Position numbers and translations under genes: made by a program
NCBI GenBank assembly: GCA_013265495.1
Contig: MU057711.1
Coordinates: forward strand, 1,860,001-1,924,000
Length of the DNA: 64,000 nucleotides
Direction: 5' to 3'
Source: Vicugna vicugna
Lineage: Eukaryota
The notes under the pieces: model-generated
What the model was told of the DNA's origin: nothing
The model's input: only the letters and a program-made list of their open reading frames with translations
Databases searched by the model: none
In this document: piece after piece, positions 13,201 through 26,500 of the stretch
Numbering within the stretch: the stretch's first letter is position 1
Layout: every line of letters begins with the position of its first letter

Positions 13201-14539
13201 CCTCACAGCCATCTGGCCTGGGGGTCTGTGCTCTCCACCCCAGGGGCTCCCTTAGTTGACCAAAGTACTGAACCGTGGTTTAAAAGATTCCTGAAAAAAA
13301 CACTCAAGCATCAGCAAATATCTCGAGTCCACAGCCCACCCCACCATGTGTGCGGTATTCGGGCCAACCCCCACCAGGAGGTGCTCTACCTGGAGGCTAC
13401 ACAGACCCTGGTGGCATCCCCACACCTGCCAGGGCCCTTACTAGAGCCCAGAAGCCCAGGGGCAGGTTTCCACCAGCAGGTGAGGCTCCCCTCAACCCTG
13501 CCCTGGTGCCCAGGTAATTACTCCCCACCTGACACAGTCTGCAAAGATCATTTTACCTACAACAAATATGCTGAACACATCTGCAGCCTGGGAGAAATGG
13601 GCTGCAGGGTAATCTCATTTGACAGAGATCAGTGCTTCCCACAGGACTCCCAGAGGGCAGGGACCCCATCTCTTTAAAGAGATGTGGGAACCCCACAACT
13701 CCTCCGGTGTACCCCTGGTCATCTCCGACTTCTCTTTTCCAGCAATTTTTTTCAGCCCACTGCAGGGAAAGATTGCTGCATAGGCAAGATCCTGATGTTC
13801 CATTACCGAATAATTACAGGATAATTTCGTAGGTATTAAGACACTCCCACCAGCGCGAGCGGCGGTGTCCAGCCCTCACAGAAGCCGCCCTGGACTGCGA
13901 GCGCTTGTTAAGGAGAACTCCAGCGTTGAGAAACACCTCCAGCTGCAGTGTCGGCCCGTTCTTTCTCTTCTTTGATTTCTAATGAAAAATTAAAGCAGGC
14001 GCTTTTTTTCAGAAATCCAATGAGACAGGAGTATCAGGCTGATGGGACAAAACGCGCACATGTGTGCACAGACACGTGGGCGCATGCGTGGGTGCACACG
14101 CACATACTTAAACACACCGGCACGCGCACATGGACGCGAGCAGAAACTCTCCTTTCTGCCTTGGCTGCAAATCCCAACCCATTCATTCAGCCCTGATGAG
14201 GACCCACCAAGTTCTGGGTACAGCGCAGGACCAAGAAGAAGAGACCCAGGGCCGTGCCTCCAGGAGCTTATTCGCTGGAGGAGTTAGAGGAAAATACAAG
14301 GCCAGGCAGACCGGCGTGGGACCATACAAGGACCCCTGTCAGGCCAGAGAGCTCAGGTCTGGCTGGCCGATCAGGACACCACCACAGGGCAGATAGGCCT
14401 TGTGCTGGGTCTTAATCTGCGGGAAAAAAATAAAAGCCCAAGGAGTGAGTAGAGAGGAGATTCTAGGTAGAGGAAATAGCAAGGGCAAAGGCAAGAAAAG
14501 ACAGCGGCATGAGAATGGAAGCCATTCCAGTCAGCTGGT

Positions 14540-14630
14540 AGAGAGACAGACCGACAGACAGACAGAGAGCCAGCCAGCCAAACAGACAGACAGACAAAGA
14601 CAGACAGATAGATAGATAGATAGATGGATG
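14540..14630 (+). repeat. Compound (GACA)n(GATA)n tetranucleotide repeat
   Basis: Direct reading. Confidence 0.9.
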
Positions 14631-14752
14631 TAGATACACTGGAAGTTCTATTACATGCACTTTTAACCTATGGGAATTCAGCTACACATTCAGGAAAAAG
14701 ACTGAGAAATAATTATTTAAACAGTGCCTGTGATTTCATGCTAGTTCCCTCC

Positions 14753-15063
14753 GTGAGCCAGTGCCCAGGAAGAGTTGAGATGACGACAGAACTTGGCTTT
14801 TCGCCTTCCATCGGTTGATGCCCCATTGGCCTCTTGTACCGTGATGCCTCGCGTGCCCCTGGAGCCTCGGGTGTGTGAGTGCACAGTACACAGAGCGCTC
14901 TCGGGGATGTGAGCCAGTGCCCAGGAAGAGTTGAGATGACAACAGAACTTGGCTTTTCGCCTTCCATCGGTTGATGTCCCATTGGCCTCTTGTACCGTGA
15001 ATGCCTCGCGTGCCCCTGGAGCCTCGGGTGTGTGAGTGCACAGTACACAGAGCGCTCTCGGGG
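14753..15063. repeat. Two-copy tandem duplication (154 bp and 155 bp, about 98% identical)
   Basis: 14753-14906 versus 14909-15063: two substitutions and one 1-nt indel, with a 2-nt AT spacer. Confidence 0.97.
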
Positions 15064-17574
15064 CAGGGAGCTGCAGCCCAGTTTGCCTCTAACAAGCGTC
15101 AGTGGCTCTGACCACGTGTGCATGGTGAACGGCAGCCCTGGTGTACACTGCACCGTCCCACTTCACAAGTAAGGAGAGCGAGGCTCTGAGAGGTGAGGCC
15201 ACTCTGCTGGTATTGCAAAGCCAGCAAGGGGCAGAGCCTACATCAGGCCTCGGGCATCACAGCCCCAGAGTCCACCACCTGGACCACTCGACAGGAGAGA
15301 GACGTAGACCAAGGGGTATTTCAGCAAAATCATCAGGCAGGGGCCCTTGAGTGGAACTGGACAAAGAGAAAGCAAAGGCCAGGGAGGAAGTCAGTGCAAC
15401 ACCCGACTCCGGAGGTGCTAAGGGATGGATGGCAGGAATGAGGCCTCGGAACAAACTGGATGGCACAGGAAGGGGAATTCTGGGGGAAAGTCTAGCATTT
15501 TAGTGAAGAGATCTTCTTTACTAACTCCAGCCTATGAGCTACTGGTGGCCAATTTGTCTTAGGAAGTGACCACCCCAGCCCTTCCCCTCCAGTCATCACC
15601 ACCCCTCTCTACCTTTCTCTTGACAGGAGAAAGTGCTACCATCCCCAGAAGGCCTGGGAAGACCATCCTTCCCGCACCCAGATGGACAGCATGGTGGACA
15701 GACAGCTTAGAGTTATTCAAGGCAGAGGGTGAGGTGTGCACATCTGTGGTGAGTCCATCTTCCCTCTAAATGATGTCGTGCATTCCCTCATGCCAACATT
15801 ACAAGGATGTGGGAAGAGTACCAGAAACAAAGTCAAAACTTCCAGCTGGTCTACTAACTTGCTGTGCAACTCTGGAAATATCACTTAACCTCTCTGAGCC
15901 TCGGTTGCCTTTATCTGTTGATTCACCCATGCAATAAAGATGGACACAGATCCCGTTATGTGCCAGGTTCTGGGCTAGGAGTAGACAGAGGACAGTCAGT
16001 CAGTCCTACACGGCTCATGGTCCAAAGCCCACACTGGATGCAATGTCAAGAGTTACACATCCCCACCCACATGCTGGAACCATTACCTTGGCCACCGCTG
16101 ACTAAGTGGAAAGACTGTTGGGAATTCTGAAGAGTTTAGCCACTCCCAGAATCCCTTTCTCCTGGGCCAATGACCAGCATCAGGGGCAGCTGGCCACCCT
16201 ACCACTTCCTGGTGCCATCAGCCAGGACCGGGCACGTGAAAACTCAGGAGCCTGGCTGCAATGGCCTCCGCCACCATGGCTGCCACCGCCCCGCCCCCCT
16301 CCAGCTGCCTGCGCGCCTGCTGCCGCCGCTGCTCATTTCCAGGCAAATGTTCTAGTTAATTAAAACACATCCAAGTGCTCACACGCACATGAAGCCAAGC
16401 TACAAAATCTGCTGTACCCGACAGCGGCTTCTCTTCTCCAGCCTGGGATCCATACAGGCAAGGGAAGTTTCCAAAGCTGTGGTTATTGGCACCAAGGCTT
16501 TGCTTGCACGGTCCTGCTGGGCACACACACACTTGTACACAGGTATGTGCGGGTGCACACATGTTCATGCACACATACACTTGTGCCCATGCCACACAAA
16601 AATGTGTGTGCAGGTATGTGTCACACATAGACCTACGTACATGTGCACGCACACACTCACACCTACAGGCACATGCACCACAGTGCTCCCTCCTCCAGGA
16701 AGTCTTCTCCAGTTACTTTGGCTTTCCATCTCACACCATCAGCCACGGTTAGTAAATAAACACTCATAGCAGGAGGGAATGAATGAACTGATAAATCAAT
16801 CGACTGATCGTAGATGCTGTGAGCAATCAGGAACAGCACAGCTCTGGCTCCAAGCCCCATGTTGTGTGCTCGCTAGATCAGTAAACTAGGCTGAATTTCC
16901 CAGGGACTGGAGCTGGCAGGAGGGTACGACCTCTTGCCCTTACACCTTCACTGAGGAGCTTTGCCAGGCACTAACCGAGGTCCATGCACACGCATGTGAG
17001 TGTGCACCTGTTGTGTGTACCCGTGCATGTGACCAGAAAACTTACCTCCCCAGATCTGGACATCCATAACAACCAGGAGCTGGCAAACCAGGAATCTAGC
17101 CTTTGAGGCCAGGAGATAGAAAGCCATTCCCCCCAGTAGGACCTGACCCCCAGCAAGGAAGCTGCATGTCTGGCAGTCCATGGGACTTCCTAGCACTGTG
17201 GGTCCAAGATGGGTACACAGCCATAACAAGGCAGGTGACTCTAGATGATAAAATGGCCAGGATGAAGCAGCTAGCCATCCTGCCCCAGCAAGCATTTCTG
17301 ACACACTCCAAGTCCACAGAGACCACCTTGCCAGTAGGAACTGGAAACAATCACGTTCTTGAAAAGGGTTTGACACCCAGGCAAGAATTCGGCCACTTGG
17401 AGCCCTGGACGAGGCCTAGCAAGGATTTCTGTTCATGGAGATGGGGGCATCTGTGCTGGGTATCTCAAATTACACCACACAGACAACGGAACTTCTAACT
17501 CCTGCCGTGGGGCTGGTGAAGCTCTCTGCAGAGAGCGGCATTTGAAAGGATGTTTGGAAAGGAGTGGAAACAGT

Positions 17575-17950
17575 GGCCCAGCAGTCATCTTAGTCACCCA
17601 CTCAAAACTTGATCCTGGGCCAGCAGTTGAACATCACCTGGGAGTTTATGAGAAATGCGGAATTCTGGTCCCGACCCGGACCCATTGAATCAGAAGCTGT
17701 ACTTTAACACATTGCATTAGTAACTGTGGTCATCTCAGTATGAAATGAAATTATGTATTTCTTCTTTGAATTTATCTGTTTTATTTTTCAAACAGCTACT
17801 AAGTTGTCAGGGCATAAACACTTGCTGAGTTATTTGCACCTGACTATTTCAACAAAAGGAACTATTAGGCATTTCTTTTGGCTTAGGGGTGCCCTGAAAA
17901 AAATCACAGACGCTAAGGCATCGTGAACCAACAAAGCTGGGAGCCTCTGA
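17575..17950. mobile_element. MER5A/Charlie-type DNA transposon remnants
   Basis: CATCACCTGGGAGTTT..AGAAATGCGGAATTCT...GAATCAGAA, followed by a Charlie-like end (GGGTGCC...GTGAACC..AAAGCTGGGAGCCTCTG). Confidence 0.65.
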
Positions 17951-18139
17951 ACTCTATATGAGGTGCAGTCTGGGACACAGCAGGGAGTAAGGAAAAGTCC
18001 CTGCCCTCAAGGAGTTGACAGTCTGGTGCGGGAAGTGGATAGTAACTGGGTAATTAACTGACCCTGTAAGACGTTAGGTAACCAGAAGTGAACGAGAAAG
18101 ATAAAGCAGGGCAAGATGTTTATTGGCGTCTAGCATGTG

Positions 18140-18500
18140 AGCCTTGTCTCCAACTCTCCTCTCCATGTCACTGTGTCCCCATGTCAGACACCTTTCCTCC
18201 CTCTCCTCTCACCCCTACACAGTTAGCCACCAAGTCCTGTCCATCCCGCATTTAGCTGAGTCTCAGATCTGCCAACCAGACTCCCCACCTTCACTGTCAT
18301 CACTGGGGTCCAAGCCACTGTGGTTGTTTGTTTGGACCACTGCGCTGGACTCTAACACGTTACCCCAAGTCTAGTCCAATCCAGACACAGATCTCCAGGG
18401 ATCTTTGCAGAGCACAGGTCACTCACATCACTGCCCTGCTTCACATCCCTTTGAGACGTTCCCACTGCTCCAGATAAAACCCCAAATCTGCCCCACAGGC
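18140..18500 (+). mobile_element. L2 LINE fragment
   Basis: CACCAAGTCCTGTC...GTCCAAGCCAC...CACATCACTGCCCTGCTT...TCCCACTGCTCCAGATAAAA. Confidence 0.65.
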
Positions 18501-20634
18501 TAGAAGTCATCTTTCCCTTGGAAGTCAACTTCTCCGACCTTGGAATCAGATTCAACCTGTCATTCTCATTTCTTCTTCAATATTGATTTTCACATGGTAC
18601 CTGCTTTTTATCCACAGCAACCACCAAAAGTACAGCTTTGCAAAGATATGATGTCATCAAAAGGAATATAGAGCAATCTAACATTGAAGTAGTGGACAAC
18701 CCAGAGGTAAGGAGTTCACATCATGTCCCACAGATGTTGAGTATTGCTGTGTTCTCCTTAAAATTTTAAAATACATCATAAAGCTCTGGTGGGGCAGCCA
18801 TGCTGCCCTGGGGTGCCTTGGCACAGTTTGGGGAGACCAATTTATTGAATGTATAGATGGATGCATAGATGAATAAATGAATAAGAAGGATTATGAGAAC
18901 CTGAAACAAGACACAAAAATCAATCTTCACTCCACACAATTGTTCTCAGATGTCTGTGAATGACCCAAGAATGCCAGCTCTGACTTCAGACTGGTTCTCC
19001 CCATGGGTCTCAGTCTTCCCAACAGGTATTCAAGCCAGAAGCCATCAGTATACAGCTCAGGGGTCATCAGTATGCAGCCACTTCCACTTGTAAAAGCACA
19101 ACCTTTAAGCCAGACAAGTGCCTGTGCTGATCAAGGCCAGTGGGAAGAGGCAGGGAGAAATAATTTTCTAAGAAATGTTCACGTCCCACAGAGTGCCCCT
19201 TATCTCTGAGTAACCCTAGAGTTGGGACCACAGTCCTATCCAGTAAGGAAACCAAAAAGCTTCCCTGATTTTGAGGGGTCAAATGTTCAAGTCTCAGGTG
19301 AGCAAAGCAGAAAACCCACATGAGGGACTCGGTACAAGCAGGAAGGGAGGTGAGTAACAAGGGGTGGGTTTGGGGCGATGGCCAAGCACAAGGCCTCCTT
19401 TGTCTCCACCAGCGGCAGCGGTCCCGCTAGTTTGGGGAAAATGAAATCCACCGGCATCCAGACTAAGCCGCTCTCAAGTAGAAGTGGAAAATGAGACACG
19501 GTGTCTCTTCTGGCACCTTCCTTCCCTCTGGGCAGCAAAGCTTTTGTGACCGAGTGCTTCTGGGGCTGGGGAGAGGGGAGAAAAACTCGAGTGCATTAAC
19601 ACTGTCAAGTTCTTATCAGCCACAGACTTCATAAAACCAACGGGACAGATTTACAAACCTTGGCGTTGGAAGTAGGGATGGGGAGATTAAATGGCAGGGT
19701 GTGTGCAGCAAAGCAGAGGCTAATGAGACCTCAGACCGGATCGTTTCACCACAAATGTCAGGGACTTCAAAGTGACGGTTCCCAGCCCGGTCTGCAGCGA
19801 GGGGAGCCCGCGGGCACGCCCAATCCCAGGGCCTGTGCTGCTGCCTCCAAGCGCCTGCCCGTGGTTCCTGGAGGAGGTGAGCGGAGGTGGTGAGCGTAGT
19901 AATGCCGGGCTGTCTGGCCTCTGCACGTTACCATCTTCCAACATCAGGGTTCTTTCTGTACCTAAGACAGCGCCCCCTTGTCACCCAGCTCCATCTCTGC
20001 CCACAGCACTCTCCTCCTTTCCTCTCTGCCTCCCCTCCATTCCCCTCCTGTTTCCCTTCCTCTCATGACCACCTTGCCCAAAAGCAACCCCCCACCACTT
20101 CCTCTTCATCCCATCACCTTCCCTCTGTCCCACCTCCCTGCCGGGCCCCCTCCCTCCCCTCCATTCCCTCATCCTGCCCCTCGAAAGAGAAATCTCCACC
20201 CTCCTTTCCCACGCTGATCCTCAGGCCCCTCTCTCAACCACAAGAGAAAGGAGCCAGGGAGCAGACAAGGTTGCGGGGCTTGCTGCAAGCTGCCGGGGCC
20301 GCCCAAACGATGCACACAGAAGGCCCAGCCTCGGGGAAGAGCCTAGGGCTGCCAGACCCTCCCAGACCAGCCGTGCAAAGCTAGGGTCTGCAGCATCAAC
20401 TTGGCCTGAGAATTCCTTCCCCTCCCTTTCTCTGTAGCAACCACCCTGGCCTGGAATCCCAGGAGTGTCTCTGCATCTGGCCAGAACAGATCCTCGGACA
20501 GATGGGATGTCGCTGAGCACGGCAGGAGGGCCTGGGAGATGGGGAGAGGGGAGAGAGCTGGGCTTGTAGGGTTGCTGAGCTGGCAGAAGCCGTAGGGGTG
20601 GGCCCTGGAGAGCACGAACATGATGGGGGGCGGC

Positions 20635-20790
20635 CAGGTTCAAATCCCATCCCCATCACTCCCAGGCTGTGTGACCTTGGGCAAATCAGAACATCTTTGA
20701 GCCTCAGTTTCCTCATCTGTAAAATGGGAACGAGGTCACAATACTCACCTCACAGGGCTGCAGTGGTGATGAAATGGGGTGCCACCTGTC
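20635..20790 (+). mobile_element. MIR SINE
   Basis: GGTTCAAATCCC...GCTGTGTGACCTTGGGCAA...GAGCCTCAGTTTCCTCATCTGTAAAATGGG. Confidence 0.9.
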
Positions 20791-21427
20791 CTTAGCTCTC
20801 TGAACAGTAGTCATTGTCATAATGACAATTATTACAGCTGTGCCCTGTGTTGGTGGCTCTGAGTAGGTGTTAGGACTGCAACAGAGTGGTCGTCTAAGAA
20901 CCCCCCACCCCGCACCCAGGACTTCAATTCCAGGGCCCCCACCCTACTCTGAGCATCCCCTCCCATCTGTGTCAGGGAAGGGAGCCTCGGGGCTGAGGAC
21001 ACTCCCAGCAGCTTGTCCGCCTGCTTCTGAACCTGATAACGAAGAGGCCTCGCTCCAGGCTGCAAAGCTATAGTGCCCAGACGACTGGGGGAACGCCTGG
21101 CCGTCCATCTGTACTCTCCTCCAGTTATAATGCTGTGGACAGGAGCAGAGGCGTGCCTGGCGCCTGCTACTATGTGCTATGTGACCTCTCGCTCAACAGT
21201 ATTTACTGAGCTTTCCTGTGTGCCGCCACCAGAGCACTGAGTGGTGGCTGCGGCCGAGGCTGAGCTTCCTGGAGCTGACTGTGTCACGTGCGGAGATAGA
21301 CCACGATCAGAAAATTATGCCAAATAAGTGTAAAACCATGACTGTGGTGAGAACTACAAGGAAGAAATTAACATATATTCTTATATCTGATATAAGTACA
21401 TTCCTTCTTTAGAATCCCAGATCTTAT

Positions 21428-21601
21428 GGGGGGGAGGGTATAGCTCAGCAATAGAGCATGTGCTTAGCATGCACGGGGTCCTGAGTTCAATCCCCAGTAC
21501 CTCCATTGAAAAACTAAACAAATAAACTTAATTACCTCTATCTACCCTCTGCAAAAAAATTTTTTTTAAAACTAAAAATTAAAAAAAATAATAAAATAAA
21601 A
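21428..21601 (+). mobile_element. tRNA-Ala-derived SINE (camelid vic-1-like) with 16-bp TSD
   Basis: Head GGGGAGGGTATAGCTCAG...GAGTTCAATCCCCAGTACCTCCA with A and B boxes, followed by an A-rich tail. TSD AGAATCCCA(G/A)ATCTTA at 21411-21426 and 21602-21617. Confidence 0.92.
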
Positions 21602-23429
21602 AGAATCCCAAATCTTAGAATGTCAGAGGTGGGTGAGATCCACCCTCACTTTTAGACAGGAAAACTGATGCCCAGGGGACAAAGGGCCAAGTTCATTCAT
21701 AGCCACCCAGCGGTGACCCAGAGCCAGAACTCAGTTCTCCTGACCCCAGATTCAGAGGTCTTTCCTCTTCGCTCCAAGTCCCATGGAGAACTGTACCCTC
21801 AGGGGGGCTAGGGTCCAAAAGGAAACTGGGAGGAAGCGAGGCCTCCTGTGAAATTCCAACATGCCAGGTGTGATGCCAGCATGTTACCCACATCTCGCCC
21901 TGGACCCTCACATGGTTGTTAGGAGCAGCTATGTGGACCACGGACTCTGGAGGCGAGTCAGACCGTGAACTCACTGGGCGAAAGAGCAGAGTTTATTACA
22001 TTCCCTCTGGTTATACTCCGGCAAATCCACGTGTGCCTGGATGAGGACCAAGAGAAAGGATGTAAACAGGAAAATAGGGTGTCTTGAGAAAAAAAAAAAT
22101 CCTCATTATCCAAATTCTACTAACTGCTGTCTTTGATTCATCTACTGAATTCTCAGGTAGTAAAACTATAGTTACATGGCTAGATACATCAGGGATACTT
22201 ACATTCGCAAACTGCCCTGGGGAAAATCGAGGAGACATTTATAAACTACCATGAGGAAGTTCATGCCATTAATTAGCCCAAAGGTTGGATAGGGAGAGAC
22301 TAGGGCAGAGATGGAAAGACCCCAGGCTACGGGTCAGAAAACCATCTTACACAGCAGTGCATACGCCTCCCCACTGCCAGCCCAGACCTGGCCACGTCTC
22401 TCTTGGAAAGCCTGCTTTTGGAGTGAGGATGAAGAAAGTGGGAGCTGAGTCCCCAAGGTGCCGGTAGGGAGGTGAGTGGTCCCATGACGTCAGGCTCCTC
22501 GACCCCAGGGAGCAAATCCAGGAGAGCTGCCCTGGGCTGACAGCAGAAATCCGGCTCATGAAGAGCAGGGAGCCCATCTGGGGGCCCCGTCTTCCCAGAA
22601 ATCCTCCCCCAACCGGCGCTGTTTCTAGGCCTCTCCCTTCAGGCTAAGCAGGACCCACTCCCACCCCAACTCAGCTGCCAGCAGGAGCCGCTAAAGGTGG
22701 GCAGTCATAAGTGAATGGGCCCTGTCAGGCGGGAGGAGTCAGAGGGCTGGCCCCCAGGCTCCACACACACCAGGCAAAGCAGATTTGTGTGCAGCCTGGA
22801 CGGCAGATGGAAACATACAGCCCTCCCGCATCAACCCAGAAAGGCAGGGGCACACGTGCCATCAGCACGGCTGCTGGCTGTGCCTGGTCTCAGAGGCCCG
22901 GTGGCCAAGAGGACTTCTAAGGAGCAAGGACACTGGAAAGGCTGCCTTCATCTGGGCAACAAGCAGCGCAGTCAAGTATGCAAGCTCAAGGGCCGGCAGT
23001 GGGCTCCCTCCACAAGGTGGGGAAGGAGGAGCCCAGGGTCAGACAGCACCCGTAGCACCATGTTGGAATGGCTCTGCGGCCTCATGGAGCAGGTCCCCTC
23101 GACACAGGTAGGTGTGTGATCGGGCTGGGTGAGGCCAGCTCGAGACAGTTCGGGGGACACCCTACCTTCACGCAGAGCAGGGTCTTGGGGACTGAGCGAC
23201 AGCCAGGCTGAGGCCCCTCAAGCTCGCACCCCACTGTCCTCATCAGCTTTGCCCAGGCCCCCACCCTGGCCCAGTGTTGAAAGAGCAGAGATTGTAGGAG
23301 CAGCTCCACCCAATCCTGTTCTTCCTCCAGGCCTCTCCATTTCAGAAGACCTCTCCCTTCACCCCAATGTCCAAGCCAGAACCCCAGGGGTCATTCTGGC
23401 ATCCTCCGCTCTCTTGCCACCAATCCTGG

Positions 23430-23563
23430 ATTTAAAAAAAAATTTTGTTGAGGAGGGTAGGTTGATTGATTGATTGGTTGATTGATTGACAGAGGTACTA
23501 GGGATTGAACCAGGACCTTATGCATGCTAAGCACGCATTCTACAACTGAGCTATACCCTCCCC
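23430..23563 (-). mobile_element. tRNA-Ala-derived SINE (vic-1-like) inserted into an L2 remnant
   Basis: Reverse complement of the same head, with a (CAAT)n-type tail. 16-bp direct repeat CTCTTGCCACCAATCC at 23411-23426 and 23565-23580. Confidence 0.92.
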
Positions 23564-26500
23564 ACTCTTGCCACCAATCCGGTCATTCTGCTGCCTAGAA
23601 CAGCTCTCCAACATGCCCTCTGCTTTCCATCCACACCACCTGCACCATCACCTCAGCTTCCCCACCAGGTTCACACCCACCCTCCTCAGAGCAGTGGCTG
23701 AGCAATTCAGAGAGCAAGTGTGACAATGCTGAGACCCCCCAGAACTCCTCCTTGGCCCACAAGGCCCGGCCCCGCCCCTCTCCACAGTGCACCCCCTCAC
23801 TCACCACTTTCCCAAGACTGCAGACATTGTCTCATTTGCCAAACACCTTCCCACCATGGGGTCTCTGAACCCTCTCTCCGGACCTCCATCCCCTATTATT
23901 TCTATTCATTGTTCCACTCTAGTTTTCATCACCAATTATTTGGAAAAGCCCTTGCTTCTCTCTCACATTCTTCCGTCTGGACGTACATGCGCCTCTAATA
24001 ATATATGTAGTTACGTGGCAATTTGTCAATCGTCCTTCTCCACATGACCAGGCCTGCCTTGGTCACCACTGTTGCCCAGCACCCAGCACAGAGTCTGGCA
24101 CACAGTAGACACTCAATAAATATCCAGCGACACTTTCAGTAAGTGAAAATCCTGGTCCCGGAGCCTGGGGTAGATAGGCAGGAAGGCCAGCCTCAGACCC
24201 TCAAAGGAATGAACCACTAACACTGCCCAAAGACGGGACACGTCTAACAGGAGTGTCCCCACGGTGGCAGGATGGGCCCACGCCCTCAAGAACACCAAGC
24301 ATTCAGCGCAGGTGGCACGCGGCCTCAGACATCATGTGCAACAAAACGCCTTGCCAGGAAGGCCCTTGCATCCACCTGGGAGCTAGTCCCTCTCAGACTA
24401 CAGGCCTGCCCAGTCTGCCCCAAGCAGGGGCCGCAGAGCCCTGGCCCTCTGGCCTCTCCTGCTGGCCCCACCTTGCTCCAGCAGCCAGGGGACAGCCACC
24501 CCCTCCCTCCACACGCAGGGCTTTCCTGGCTCCCAGCCTTTGCCAGCACTGCAGTCTGACCAAGAAAGCCTTCTTCCTTCACATCTCCTCTGAGAGATTT
24601 CCCATCAAGACCTGAATTTCCAGCTTCTCTTGGAAACCCGGAAGTTCGAGCAACACCGAATCCAGTCTCCAGCAAGGCAGCTGGCAACAGTGACTGGGGA
24701 GCAGCTGTTCCCCTCAGCGAGCACAGGATCTCCATCACCCAGCCCCACCCCACCCCTCACCTGCCCGAGCCCCAGCATCATCTGAACCTGCAGGTCCACG
24801 CACGCCCCATTGCAGGCCTGGATCGCAGGCTTCTCATCATCAAGACCTCGTCTTCTCATCTCTGTCCATCCCACAGGGCTCACTGTTGGGAGAGGCTCTG
24901 AGTTTGCTCAGGAGATGAGGAGCCAAGAAGGATGTGGAAAGGGATCAGAATATGACACCCACCCCTCAGCCTCCCACCTCCCCTCATCTGGCCAGGCATC
25001 TCCATTTTATCTCAGCAACCTGAGTTATAGGTTCATATACCCCCTCCTGTGGCTTGTCCCTTATAGCTTATCAACATCCACTAATAAACAGTGTGCAGGC
25101 CTTGCATGGTGCCGCCAAGAGAAGCCGGGCTTAGCGGGCAGAGCCTTCCCTGTCCGGCTTGCTCTCAGCACATCTTTGGCCATAAGGGAACAATTAGGAA
25201 AAACTCTCTTCAGGTTATATTTAGAAAGGAGTGGAAGGGGAAACGCTTCCTCTAGTAATTTTCATTCAGTTGCACACGACTGCCCGTCCCCACCTACCCC
25301 CAGGCCAGCGCCACAGGGCAGGCAACCAACCGCCTCTTCCAGAACATGGGTTAAAATCAAGCCCAGCCTCTGCCCAGCCCTGATTATGCCCGCGTTTAAA
25401 AATAAGATGTGAAAGATGCATTATGTAAGACCTGTAACACTCTCCTGCCCACCTCCGACTCTGGAATCAAAGATCATCATTTCTGCCATCAAAAAAGAAT
25501 GAAAGAAAGGCAGGAACAATGAAAATAGCCGCCCAACATGAGCCAGATCAAAGGCGTGGGCACAGAAAATGAGGAGCCAGGGGGGCCTTTAATTACTGCC
25601 TGCATCCTCCGAGTCATGTGGCGAGAGGGGAGAAGAAAAGTTTTGAAGGCCACCAGGTTCCGTCCTGCTGCGGCTCCTGTTTCCACCGCCAGCACCAGTT
25701 CCCGACAAACTCACGCCTTTCATTTTCCTCCCTTTTTTCCCTCCTTTTTCTCTGCCCCCCACATGCCAGACAGGACTCCCGGACTCCCCAGTGCTCGCCG
25801 TCCACCAGCAGCGAGAGCTCAAAGGGGCTCCTCAGAGACCCCGAGGAAGGGACTTGCCCCCCCTGGAAGGCTGGAAGTCAGGTGGGCTCAGCCCCCAGCA
25901 GCAGAGGGGCTCAGGATGGACCCCGGGACCCACCGTGGGAGCCGTCGCCGCAGAACACGCTGACTTTTTTTTTTTTTTTTTGCAAGTCTCCCTGGTTGAG
26001 AGGGGAAAAAAAAACTCTTCAAATTCACATTGGGCAGGGCTCCGTGGGGCAGCAGATCAAACCTGAGGACCGGCTGTTTGAGCTCAGCGGCAGAAAAAAG
26101 GATTGCCCAGGGACTGAGCTTAAGTAGAAGCTGGATTAAACTTCAAACGCAAACTCCCTCTTTTTCTACACAGCAGACAGTCATGGCTAATATTGCAATA
26201 TGGACTCTGAAAATGCATTACAAATAACTTACTCTGGACCCGGACTTGGGCCTTTTGTATCAAGGGGAGGAGCCAGGGAAATAATTGCGACAGAAAAGAC
26301 ACATGGGAACCCGCCCTCTTGCTTGGTGGAGGGAAGTCCATCAGCTCGGGGCCCAGGAGGCCAGCAGCGGGACTCCATTCCTAAGACGACTTGCTGGAGA
26401 GCCAGGCAGCTGCCCTGGAGACTGGATGAGGCCTGGGTCTTCCCCAGGTATGAGAATCCAGGTAGATTTCATAGAAGAAGAAATGCCAGGACAGGGTGGC

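Noticed and set aside
14713..15153. ORFs with internally repeated peptides
   Set aside because: A by-product of the 155-bp DNA duplication. The indel between the copies shifts frame, so there is no sign of coding constraint.
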